A stretch of DNA of 64,000 nt from positions 1,258 through 65,257 of the forward strand of contig CAYMYC010000004.1 in the NCBI GenBank assembly GCA_964394645.1, in the 5' to 3' direction. Positions 21,344 through 30,418 of the stretch are shown in pieces. The notes below the pieces were generated by a model. It worked only from the letters and a program-made list of their open reading frames with translations, did not search any database and had not been told where the DNA came from. Both the position numbers and the translations under genes were made by a program. The stretch comes from an uncultured Gammaproteobacteria bacterium. GTDB taxonomy: Bacteria > Patescibacteriota > Microgenomatia > Levybacterales > GWA1-39-11. The stretch's first letter is position 1, and the number at the start of each line of letters is the position of its first letter.

Positions 21344-22612
21344 ATGGGTCCACGAATCAAAAATATTTTTTTCTTCCCAATCGCTCATTACTTTGCCTTT
21401 TTTGCAGCTATAAGATTGAAAAAATGGCACCCAAGAGTAATAGTAATTACAGGATCAACTGGTAAAACTACACTGTTTGCACTTGTTGAATCGCAACTGG
21501 GGAACATTGCTCATTACTCACACCACGCAAATTCCGCAATAGGGATACCTTTTGATATTCTAGATTTACACAGAAAAACGCTAAAACCTATAGAATGGGT
21601 ATCTCTTGTTTTTAAAGCTCCTATTCAATCATTCAAATCACCTTATTCACAAAAACTATATATTGTCGAGTGCGATGCTGATAGACCTGGAGAAGGAAAA
21701 TTTCTTGCAAAACTCTTGCAACCTGAGGTAACTCTATGGATATCATCCGCAAGAACCCACAGCATGAATTTTGACAGACTGGTACCAAACACTTTTAAAA
21801 ACGTTGAGGAAGCAATCGCATATGAGTTTGGCTATTTTATTGAAAAAACATCTTCACTTTCCATAGTCAATGGCGACTCAGAGCTTATGCAGAGGCAGCT
21901 TAAGAGAACAAACGCAACAATTGAAAAAGTCACGATAAAAAACCTTGATAATTACTATGTTTCAAACGGCGGTACCGCTTTTAGCCTAAAAGGGACAAGG
22001 GTTAAACTTAAAGCACTGCTCCCAAAAGAAATCTTTTACTCACTTCAAATGACAAAAATGTTATGCGATTACTTGCAGACAGCTTTTGATCCTTCTTTCC
22101 CTGATCTTAAACTTCCCCCGGCCAGAAGCTCGCTCTTCAGGGGTATAAAAAACATTACCATAATTGATTCAACATACAATGCAAATTTTTCTTCTATGTA
22201 TGCAATCGTTACCATGTTTAACGCATATCCCGCAAAACAAAAATGGATTGTGATCGGTGACATGCTTGAACAAGGCAAGGAAGAAATGGAAGAACACGAA
22301 AAACTTGCAGAACTACTACTTGAACAGGACTATAAAAGAATAGTACTCCTTGGACCAAGGGTGAAAAAATATACCTATCCCAAAATGCTTGAAAAGCTTC
22401 CAAAAAATACTCCAATTGCTGTATTTGAGAACCCTAAAGATGTATTAGTGCATCTTCAAGAAAACATACGAGGAGGAGAAACTATTCTTTTTAAAGGAGC
22501 AAGGTTTTTAGAGGGAGTAATTGAGAACCTCTTGCTTGACAAGAAAGAGAAATCAAAGCTAGCTCGCAGAGAAAAAGTTTGGGAGGAACGGAGAAAAAAA
22601 TGGGGGCTTTAG
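21344..22612 (+). CDS. murF: Mur ligase, MurF-like
   Basis: ITGSTGKTT, IIDSTYNAN, VIGDMLEQG, ILFKG; lacks the usual N-terminal domain. Confidence 0.8.
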   Translation: MGPRIKNIFFFPIAHYFAFFAAIRLKKWHPRVIVITGSTGKTTLFALVESQLGNIAHYSHHANSAIGIPFDILDLHRKTLKPIEWVSLVFKAPIQSFKSPYSQKLYIVECDADRPGEGKFLAKLLQPEVTLWISSARTHSMNFDRLVPNTFKNVEEAIAYEFGYFIEKTSSLSIVNGDSELMQRQLKRTNATIEKVTIKNLDNYYVSNGGTAFSLKGTRVKLKALLPKEIFYSLQMTKMLCDYLQTAFDPSFPDLKLPPARSSLFRGIKNITIIDSTYNANFSSMYAIVTMFNAYPAKQKWIVIGDMLEQGKEEMEEHEKLAELLLEQDYKRIVLLGPRVKKYTYPKMLEKLPKNTPIAVFENPKDVLVHLQENIRGGETILFKGARFLEGVIENLLLDKKEKSKLARREKVWEERRKKWGL

Positions 22613-23298
22613 AGAAAAAAATATACATATTACATGGATGGACAACTGACATTACCCGTTGGGATCCTTTTCTTGCTGAATTGAAAAAATTAAAAATTAC
22701 GCCGATTCTTCTTCCTATTCCTGGGCTCACTGCACCACTTGATCGACCATGGAATATTGATGATTATGTTCAGTGGCTCTATGAAATCGTCAACAAGGAG
22801 CCAAAAATTGCACTCCTTGGACATTCCAATGGAGGAAGAATTGCCCTTTCCTTCGCAATTAAATACCCAGAAGAAATTAACCAATTATTTTTACTAGATA
22901 GCGCTGGAATATACCATAATGACTTTATATCACGCACGAAGCGAAATGCATTCCGAACTATTTCTAAGTTTGGAAAGAAGTTCACCAATAGCTCATCTGC
23001 TAAAAATTTACTATATAAATTAGCACAGGAGTCAGACTATAAAAACGCTAATTTAATACAGCAAGAAACAATGAAAAAACTTGTTGCAGTTGATCTACTT
23101 CCAAAGTTGTCTGAAATAAAAACTCAAACATACATAATCTGGGGGAAAAACGACCAGGTGACACCTTATACTGACGCGCTTATTTTAAAATCAGGCATAC
23201 AAAACTCAAAACTTTTTACCATCCCTGAAGGTACACACTCGCCACAATTTACCCACACATCCGAAGTTGTTAATATTATAAAGGAGAATCTGGTTTGA
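22600..23298 (+). CDS. Alpha/beta hydrolase
   Basis: ILHGW, GHSNGG, WGKNDQVTP, GTHSP. Confidence 0.85.
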   Translation: MGALEKKIYILHGWTTDITRWDPFLAELKKLKITPILLPIPGLTAPLDRPWNIDDYVQWLYEIVNKEPKIALLGHSNGGRIALSFAIKYPEEINQLFLLDSAGIYHNDFISRTKRNAFRTISKFGKKFTNSSSAKNLLYKLAQESDYKNANLIQQETMKKLVAVDLLPKLSEIKTQTYIIWGKNDQVTPYTDALILKSGIQNSKLFTIPEGTHSPQFTHTSEVVNIIKENLV

Positions 23299-24470
23299 AC
23301 ATCTTCAATTCACTTGGATCAAACTATACACTCACATTCGTATTAAGAAGTTTAAGAAAGAGTGACGCAAGCTCTCGAAACACACTCTCACACTATCTTC
23401 AAAAAAAATATGGCGGTGAAGTTGTTCTCACACACAAGGGAAGAGATGCAATAGGAATTGCTCTCAAGGAACTTTTCCTCCCTTCGGAAAGCAGGATAGC
23501 AGTAACTGGATTCACCTGTATCGCAGTCATAGAGTCAATTGAGAAATTGAACCTAACTCCCTATTATTTAGATATAGATGAGAAAACATTAAACTTTACA
23601 GGTAAGGAGCTTGAGAAAGCAGTGATGAAGGAAAACATTAAAGCTGTTATTATACAAAACACTTTAGGGTATCCTTGTGACATAGAAAAAATTCAAAGTG
23701 TGTGCAAGAAACACCATATTATACTTATTGAAGACCTTGCACATTCCATAGGTGCAATTTACAAAAACGGGAAGGAGGCAGGAACTATGGGGGATTTTAC
23801 TGTCTTATCTTTTTCCCAAGATAAAGTTATTGATAGCATATCAGGGGGAGCGGTGGTAGCAAGAAAACAAAGCATAAAAAGTACCTTAGAGAAAAAAGGC
23901 AAAGAGGATGTTATCGAAAAAATATACCCACTTATAACATGGGCTATACGGAAAACATATCCAATAAAGCTCGGGGTTTTATTACACATCGCAAGCAAGA
24001 AACTAAAGCTCCTATCTGATCCAATGAAATACTCAACTAATCCAGGGTTAACATCATGGCATGCGAGTCTAATACTTTCTGGTTTTAACTCGCTTACTGA
24101 AACAATTCAACACAAAAGAAAAATAGCACAAATTTACGCTGAATATCTTCCTGAATATGTACAGTCAAATGAACTTTCAAAGCTTATATCTATTGGAACA
24201 AACTTGAGATTCCCAATTTTTATTAAAAACAGAAACGAACTTACAAAGTATCTTCAATCGAAAGGGGTGTATATTTCTGATACTTGGTATGATGCGCCCG
24301 TTGCTCCTAAAAAATACCTTGGACTTGCCCGATACCCAAAAGATACTTGTCCTACATCTCAAAGAATTGCAGATAAAATCATGAATCTTCCAACAAACAT
24401 AAACATTTCTGAGAAAAACGCTCGCGAATTATCTAGGTTAATAACTGTATGGTTACAACAAAACAAATAA
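23295..24470 (+). CDS. DegT/DnrJ/EryC1/StrS PLP-dependent aminotransferase
   Basis: LIEDLAHSIG, SFSQDK (PLP lysine), GGA, MNLP. Confidence 0.85.
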   Translation: MNIFNSLGSNYTLTFVLRSLRKSDASSRNTLSHYLQKKYGGEVVLTHKGRDAIGIALKELFLPSESRIAVTGFTCIAVIESIEKLNLTPYYLDIDEKTLNFTGKELEKAVMKENIKAVIIQNTLGYPCDIEKIQSVCKKHHIILIEDLAHSIGAIYKNGKEAGTMGDFTVLSFSQDKVIDSISGGAVVARKQSIKSTLEKKGKEDVIEKIYPLITWAIRKTYPIKLGVLLHIASKKLKLLSDPMKYSTNPGLTSWHASLILSGFNSLTETIQHKRKIAQIYAEYLPEYVQSNELSKLISIGTNLRFPIFIKNRNELTKYLQSKGVYISDTWYDAPVAPKKYLGLARYPKDTCPTSQRIADKIMNLPTNINISEKNARELSRLITVWLQQNK

Positions 24471-25462
24471 CAAATAGGGGAGAATGGGAAAGCTTCCTAG
24501 AAAAACATCCAGAAGCAAATTTTCTTCAAAGTTTTGCTTGGGGAGAATTTCACAAGTCACTAGGACACAAAATTTTTCGTTCTGGGTTTTATGATAAAGG
24601 ATTGTTATGTGGTGTCATGCTCTCAATTACGGAGCGTGCACGTCGGGGAACATATCTTACAATACCCGCTGGTCCCATCATTGACCTTAGTCAAAAGATA
24701 TATGCAAACGCGTTTATAAAAGAAATTAAACGAATAGGCAATGAGAATTCTTGTGCTTTTATTAGAGTACGACCACAACTACTGTCAACCCTCACCTCAA
24801 TACAGCTCTTTAAAGCATTAGGCTTCAAAAATGCCCCTATGCACCTCCATGCTGAGTTAACAAATCAACTTGACATAACAAAAACAGAGAACGAACTTTT
24901 TTCCTCAATGAGAAAAGGCACCCGCTATGAAATAAGAAAAGCACAAAAATTAGGAATAGAAATTTCAGAAAGTATAAACCCAGATGATATAGAAATGTTT
25001 TATCAGGTACAAATTTCGACAGCAAAACGCCAAGATTTTGTTCCTTTCTCTAAAAATTTTCTAAAAACTCAGTTTAAAATTTTTGCGAAAGAAAAAAGCG
25101 CTGTCTTATATTCTTCATTTTTTGAAGGTAAACTCCTCTCTCAAGCGTTTGTAATTTTCTATGGCAAAGAAGCAGTGTATCATTATGGGGCATCAACTGA
25201 AAATGGAAGAGAGTATCCTGGTGCATATCTTCTTCAATGGCACGCGATACAAGAAGCCAAAAAAAGAGGGATCACACGGTATAATTTTTGGGGAGTTGCA
25301 CCTTCAACACGCCACAGATTTTCAAATTTATCTCTTTTTAAAAGAGGATTTGGCGGAATGGATGTTAAATATCTCCACGCACAAGATCTCGTATTAAACT
25401 ATCCAAAATACCTTCTAAATCTTTCTATAGAACTTATAAGAAAAAAGATTAGAAGGGTATAG
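24449..25462 (+). CDS. FemAB/FemX-family aminoacyl-tRNA-dependent transferase
   Basis: NFLQSFAWGEF, RYEIRKAQK, YHYGAS, YNFWGV, FKRGFGG. Confidence 0.88.
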   Translation: MVTTKQITNRGEWESFLEKHPEANFLQSFAWGEFHKSLGHKIFRSGFYDKGLLCGVMLSITERARRGTYLTIPAGPIIDLSQKIYANAFIKEIKRIGNENSCAFIRVRPQLLSTLTSIQLFKALGFKNAPMHLHAELTNQLDITKTENELFSSMRKGTRYEIRKAQKLGIEISESINPDDIEMFYQVQISTAKRQDFVPFSKNFLKTQFKIFAKEKSAVLYSSFFEGKLLSQAFVIFYGKEAVYHYGASTENGREYPGAYLLQWHAIQEAKKRGITRYNFWGVAPSTRHRFSNLSLFKRGFGGMDVKYLHAQDLVLNYPKYLLNLSIELIRKKIRRV

Positions 25463-25499
25463 TGGCAAGATACAATTCATTGCATTCTACAATTTCACC

Positions 25500-25528
25500 T
25501 TGACAGTATTTATTTTCTGATATAAGCT
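25500..25528 (+). promoter_or_regulatory. Sigma70 promoter, leaderless
   Basis: TTGACA-17 nt-TAAGCT, 6 nt before GTG 25535. Confidence 0.65.
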
Positions 25529-25534
25529 AGTATA

Positions 25535-26305
25535 GTGATCAAAAACTTTTTTAAGAATTATTTACTAGCCCCAATTTGCTATATTGTACTTATACTACTT
25601 ACTCTTTTCATTTTAAACCAGTTCTCATATTTTAATATTTCTTTGAGCTCAAGCAATAATTACAACACTTTTGAAGTAATTGGAACTGGCAAGGTAACTA
25701 CTGCTCCAAATATAGCAACAACAATATTTACTATAGAAGAAAAGGGTACGACACAAGAACAAGCTAAGAATTCTGCAAATGCAAAACAAAACTTGGCAAT
25801 AAAAGACTTAATAGCCTTAGGCATTCCAAAATCAAATATAAAAACAACTGGCTTTTTTGTTAACCCATACTATGAGGATAAGACTCTAGCATTACAACTA
25901 CCTGCAAGGCAGGTACAACAGGGTTATATTGCAACAGTCACAACACAAGTTAAAGGAGAAAATGTTGACCAAATAAATAAAGCAATTGATAAACTTACAA
26001 CACTAGGAATAAATGTTGGTGGGGTAGAGTATCAATACAAAGATAAGCAACAATATGTAAATGAGGCACAAATTAAGGCAATTGCAAACGCCAAGGAACA
26101 GGCACAAAATATTGCAAATGCAGCAGGATTTAAGCTAGGTAAAATTATGACTGTCAGAAACGCAGCAAACGACTGGCAATACCAACCAGATTCTTCAGAA
26201 TCAATGACTTTGAATAAGTCTGTTTCTGACACAAATACTCAACTTCAACCTGGAGAAAATGAAATTACTTCTCAAATGGGAGTTACCTACTACATTAAAA
26301 ATTAG
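25535..26305 (+). CDS. SIMPL (DUF541) domain protein
   Basis: V-x-G-x-G-x-V-x-x-x-P, AIANAKEQA-x-x-IA-x-AAG-x-KLG, LQPGE. Confidence 0.85.
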   Translation: MIKNFFKNYLLAPICYIVLILLTLFILNQFSYFNISLSSSNNYNTFEVIGTGKVTTAPNIATTIFTIEEKGTTQEQAKNSANAKQNLAIKDLIALGIPKSNIKTTGFFVNPYYEDKTLALQLPARQVQQGYIATVTTQVKGENVDQINKAIDKLTTLGINVGGVEYQYKDKQQYVNEAQIKAIANAKEQAQNIANAAGFKLGKIMTVRNAANDWQYQPDSSESMTLNKSVSDTNTQLQPGENEITSQMGVTYYIKN

Positions 26306-26335
26306 CTTCTTTTTTAACTTTTAACGCTTTTTTTA

Positions 26336-26614
26336 TTATTTTCGGGGCTTCTCGTGTTCTTCGTATGAACCGAAATCACTATGGGGATATCTGGGTATAG
26401 ATGCGTCATGAATAATAGTATTAGGAGTTGCGTCAAAAATTACTTCCTTTTTTGTTTCTATGGATTCAGGTGTCGACTTTTTTTCCGTTAAGAGAACTGA
26501 ATCCTTCTGTCCTGTACCAACAGCAGCCAGTGGCGAAAGCGCGGCAGCTAAACCAACTGCTGATACGCCCCCTAACGCTAGTCTTCTAACAAATTGCCTC
26601 TCTTTAAAATTCAT
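26336..26614 (-). CDS. Small hypothetical secreted/membrane protein
   Basis: Signal-like N-terminus; TAGAAT 6 nt before ATG. Confidence 0.5.
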   Translation of the reverse strand: MNFKERQFVRRLALGGVSAVGLAAALSPLAAVGTGQKDSVLLTEKKSTPESIETKKEVIFDATPNTIIHDASIPRYPHSDFGSYEEHEKPRK

Positions 26615-26684
26615 AGTACTATTCTACATCAATTTTATGCATTCAGCAAAATATAATCAGAATTATGATGATTATTAGTTTAAT

Positions 26685-27617
26685 TTAACGGTTTTTCTGA
26701 TGAAACTTTTTATGAACTTCTTTGAGTTGAGGGTTTGTTATATGTGTGTAGATTTGTGTAGTAGAGATATTTTTATGCCCCAACATTTCCTGAACGGACC
26801 GCAAATCAGCACCATTTGATAACAGATCTGTTGCAAAAGAGTGTCTCATTGTATGCGGAGTTGCCTTAACAGGAATACGGGATGATTTGACATACCTTTC
26901 AACAATTCTCTCAATAGACCGAGGAGTTAACCTCATTTTTTCACCATTATTTTCTATACTAGGCGATTTTGCGTATCTAATAAATAAGGGCTTGAAGGTA
27001 TCCATTCGTACTTCTATGTACTTGGTGATCCAAAATACTGCTGATTCAGACAAAAACACAATTCTAGCTCTATTCCCTTTTCCTATCACCCCAAACTCGC
27101 GCGTCTTAAGATTCACAGAATCTCTGTTTAAACGTGTTAGTTCAGATACGCGTAAACCGGTTGAAAAAAGCATTTCTAAAATAGTCCTATCCCTTAGTCC
27201 TTTTTCCGACCCTGTATCAACGGAATTAAATAACTCTCTTAAATGGTTTATATCTAAAAACTTTAATGATCTAGATTCTGCCTTTGGAAGATCTATTCTT
27301 TCAGGGGCAAGTGTATTCTTGTCATTTCGTACTAAATACCGTAAACACGATCTAAGAGCGATAATGTGATAACTTTGAGTAATCCTCTTAAGCGTTAAGC
27401 CTTTCTCATCCGTCAAATTAGATAAATATACCCGGTATCTACGCACGACATCTGTTGTGATGCTAGCGATATCTCCTTTTTTTTCATACTTCTCAAACCA
27501 TACCCGAAAACGCTCAAGATAAAATTTATAATTACGTATAGTCAGCTTTGAGGAATTTTTTTCTATCTCCAAATATTCAAGAAATTGATTTATGTATTGT
27601 TCTAATTCACTTTTCAC
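26685..27617 (-). CDS. Xer-family tyrosine recombinase (XerC/D-like)
   Basis: SAM-like N-domain; RD-x-x-ILE-x-LFSTGLRVSE, GKGNRAR, TPHTMRHSFAT, LGH, TTQIYTH; probable start GTG 27617 (track start 27656). Confidence 0.93.
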   Translation of the reverse strand: MKSELEQYINQFLEYLEIEKNSSKLTIRNYKFYLERFRVWFEKYEKKGDIASITTDVVRRYRVYLSNLTDEKGLTLKRITQSYHIIALRSCLRYLVRNDKNTLAPERIDLPKAESRSLKFLDINHLRELFNSVDTGSEKGLRDRTILEMLFSTGLRVSELTRLNRDSVNLKTREFGVIGKGNRARIVFLSESAVFWITKYIEVRMDTFKPLFIRYAKSPSIENNGEKMRLTPRSIERIVERYVKSSRIPVKATPHTMRHSFATDLLSNGADLRSVQEMLGHKNISTTQIYTHITNPQLKEVHKKFHQKNR

Positions 27618-27624
27618 CGGCAGA

Positions 27625-27669
27625 GTAGGGTACAAACTATATTTTGCGACATACAAAACTGTATGTCAA
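27625..27669. promoter_or_regulatory. xer promoter overlapping a dif-like half-site
   Basis: Minus strand TTGACA (27669-27664); arm ttttgcgacat at 27642-27652; palindrome gacataca-aaac-tgtatgtc at 27648-27667. Confidence 0.55.
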
Positions 27670-27745
27670 TGGTTATCCATTCCCCTCAAAATTTTTGATT
27701 ATAGATTTATGAAAAAATGTAACTTAAAAAAATATTTCTGATTTT

Positions 27746-27773
27746 CATCGAGTAAAGTAATATTATGCGACAT
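27746..27773. repeat. dif-like site, left arm degenerate
   Basis: catcgagtaaa-gtaata-ttatgcgacat; 20/22 direct repeat of 28356-28377. Confidence 0.65.
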
Positions 27774-27869
27774 AAACATTCATAACATTACTGATTTGGA
27801 TGGTGCTTAGTTTTGCAAAAGCACTATATTTTCCGAGACGCTTCTGCAGTAAAAAAAGATGTATCAGTA

Positions 27870-28055
27870 TTAGTATGTAAATAAAGAATGAATAAATTCA
27901 GTTTCAGCATGTAGCGGCACCTCATCGTTTTCAATTGCTTGATAAATAAAATATGCAACTGCAATTGCGTTTTTTTTATTCCTTGGATCAGAGAATGTTT
28001 CAGCAACCAATCTCATCTGATCATATGCTTCCTTTGTTATTCCTTGATTGTATAC
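27870..28055 (-). pseudogene. Protein-like gene remnant between dif-like sites
   Basis: Open frame VYNQGITKEAYDQMRLVAETFSDPRNKKNAIAVAYFIYQAIENDEVPLHAETEFIHSLFTY*, a different frame from the track ORF at 27824-28006. Confidence 0.4.
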
Positions 28056-28347
28056 TCAACTATGACACTTGTAAACTAGCCCTTCCAGAATGCGATTCTA
28101 GAGGTTTTTTATGAAAGAGATGTGTATAGAGTAATCTGCATTTTATACATACAACACAGCATTCTATAAAATCTACGTGAAAAATGAATTTATATTTACG
28201 AACCTATAGTGAGAGTATTTTTACGTCTTTCATTTGAAGGGGATATAAGAACAATTCAAATCTTCAAAAATTGTAAAAACTTAATAAGATAATTAAATAA
28301 AGTGAGGTATAAACATAGTAAGGTACTCTTCCGCACATTTGATATCT

Positions 28348-28375
28348 ATGTCGTAAAAGTATTATTGTGCGACAT
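28348..28375. other. dif-like Xer recombination site (11-6-11)
   Basis: atgtcgtaaaa-gtatta-ttgtgcgacat; arms 9/11 inverted; resembles the E. coli dif XerC arm GGTGCGCATAA; 0.7 kb from the xer gene. Confidence 0.75.
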
Positions 28376-28929
28376 AACAATGTCACTATGTACCAAGCGA
28401 GAGCATAAGCTAAATATCATCTTATAAATAACACCTAATAGAGCCACAAAAAATTGCTATAAATTTAATGCTGAGGCTATTTTAACCTCTCCCCCTAAGA
28501 GAAGTAGACAAACTACCTGAATTCCGTGAAAATAAGTAGTTTCACCACTGCTAATAGGGTGAAAAAGGGTTAATAAATCAATCTTTTCTTAGCATTTTAG
28601 GTTCAAAACACCACTCTATGGCAGAGGTTATATACATAAAAAGGGTTTCGTATTTTTTTCGTTTCAGTTCATTCTAACTTGGGTTATCAGTCAAACTTGC
28701 TCACCAACACAACTAGGCAGAGTCGTGAAAAGTCATGCTCATAGTTTTATCATATATTCACGGCTATTTTGAGGCGGGTGAAAAGTTTTTTACAGAAGCT
28801 ATACTTATCCACATTTAATTATTATAGGATATAATTTAACATATATCAAACTATATCATTTGAGGCTAATTATCAGTATTACTCCTCTATTCCACCTTCC
28901 TGTTTACGATAAAAAAAATTTAAATCATA

Positions 28930-29742
28930 CTAGGCTCCCCATTTTGAGAAAACCAATAGGAATAAAACTGACAATACGCCAACCCAAACATACTCCCATA
29001 AAATACCCTTAAAGAGTCGTTTCTCAAGCCATGCGTGCGATAAGCCTGAATATGTATAAAATATGCCTGTTAAAAAGATTGCATAAATAGATGCACTAAC
29101 TGGCCATATAGATAAAGCGAAAGCAAGCTCAATCATCATTATTGAAATTCCCGCTGAAAAAAGAAGCACCTCTCTATTCCCCTCTCTCGATTCAGAATAT
29201 GACCACAAAAATTGTGTCGCCATTAAATAAGAAATTGAACCTACCAAAAAAGGTGTTACATACAAAGGCAATCTTAGTGAAAAAATAATACTAAACATGA
29301 AGAATAATACAAAAATGGTTATTACAAAAGAAACAATACGAGCTGATCTGAGTAAATTTATTGTTCGCAGTGTAGAAATAGCAAATATATTCTGTGTTAA
29401 AAATAAGGAATAGGCACCAAATGAAAAAATAAGCGTCAAAAGTATGCGCGTTAAAAACCGTGAAGGAATAAGTGAATAGAATAAACTGAAGGATAAGGTG
29501 TAAAAAAATGGAAGAATAAAAATCGGAAGTAAATATGATTTCTTATTTATATCTTTACGTAAAATAAGATAGAGAAAAAAAACAGTTAGAGTAGCCAAAA
29601 CTAAGGACAAAAAAATAATAATTCCACCTGAGAAAAGTTCTGAAAAATATACAGCTACTGAAAGACTAAAAACACATAACACAAATTTTCCACGTTTTGT
29701 AAGAGAAATTTTGTTCTTTGTATTTAACTTAAATGACTTCAC
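28930..29742 (-). CDS. Multi-pass membrane protein, unknown function
   Basis: About nine hydrophobic helices; translationally coupled to ruvC. Confidence 0.75.
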   Translation of the reverse strand: MKSFKLNTKNKISLTKRGKFVLCVFSLSVAVYFSELFSGGIIIFLSLVLATLTVFFLYLILRKDINKKSYLLPIFILPFFYTLSFSLFYSLIPSRFLTRILLTLIFSFGAYSLFLTQNIFAISTLRTINLLRSARIVSFVITIFVLFFMFSIIFSLRLPLYVTPFLVGSISYLMATQFLWSYSESREGNREVLLFSAGISIMMIELAFALSIWPVSASIYAIFLTGIFYTYSGLSHAWLEKRLFKGILWEYVWVGVLSVLFLLVFSKWGA

Positions 29743-30350
29743 TTCGCTCCTCTCCTTTTCTTTTTCTTTTTTTCTGCGATCTTTAAATTTCTAAAAGTTT
29801 CCTTCTCATTTTTTTTCCTTTCTTTCTCCAATGCCAAAATTTCTTTATCTTTCCCACAAACCTTCCATACATGATGTATGGCAATCGCCAATGCATCTGC
29901 AGAATCATCAAATGCCTTATCCTTAGCTGAAAACGCAAGCACCTTATCGTCAAGCTTCAACAAAGTTCTTACAACTCTTTGCATCTCTTTTTTATCAGTC
30001 TTTCCACTACCCGCAACGATATGTTTTACCGCAAGACTTGTGTATTCAAAAAGTGGCAAATTCACCTCAGCACAGGAAAGCATAACTACTCCCCTAGCCT
30101 GACTAACTGAAATTGCAGTTCTTGCGTTTAAACCAAAAAAAATATGCTCCACAACAATGCAGTCCGGTGAAAACTTACTGATCAATACCCCTAATTCTTT
30201 ATAAAGCGCAAGCAATCTGTTTTGCATGAGGTCTTCGGAAGGAGTAACTATGCAGCCATGAGCTATATACTCTACTGTATCCGCCTCCTTGTGATGTATA
30301 ATACCCCACCCTGTTCTTCCTGTCCCCGGATCAATTCCCAAAATACGCAT
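29739..30350 (-). CDS. ruvC: Holliday junction resolvase RuvC
   Basis: ILGIDPG, VVEHIFF, QARGV, G-x-G-x-x-DK, DDSADALAIA. Confidence 0.95.
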   Translation of the reverse strand: MRILGIDPGTGRTGWGIIHHKEADTVEYIAHGCIVTPSEDLMQNRLLALYKELGVLISKFSPDCIVVEHIFFGLNARTAISVSQARGVVMLSCAEVNLPLFEYTSLAVKHIVAGSGKTDKKEMQRVVRTLLKLDDKVLAFSAKDKAFDDSADALAIAIHHVWKVCGKDKEILALEKERKKNEKETFRNLKIAEKKKKKRRGAK

Positions 30351-30418
30351 ATTACATTCTAGCCATACTTATAGTTAGATTCAAGGGATAATATCTTAAT
30401 ATATATACTATGGGATAC

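Noticed and set aside
26560-26614. Tat signal in the 92-aa ORF
   Set aside because: The RR is not in an S/T-R-R-x-F-L-K context.
26685-27617. Prophage or ICE integrase
   Set aside because: Size and motifs match housekeeping Xer; no phage or conjugation genes nearby.
27824-28006. 60-aa ORF in the track (MLKHSLIQG...)
   Set aside because: TTG start and unnatural composition; the overlapping frame ending at 27870 looks more protein-like.
27625-28377. CRISPR array or classical integron attC array
   Set aside because: Repeats are few, degenerate and irregularly spaced; no cas genes; the recombinase shows no obvious IntI-specific insertion; the sites have dif geometry rather than attC structure.
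28805-28860. oriC call from TTATCCACA plus an AT-rich tract
   Set aside because: Only one perfect DnaA box, no box cluster, and no dnaA/dnaN nearby.
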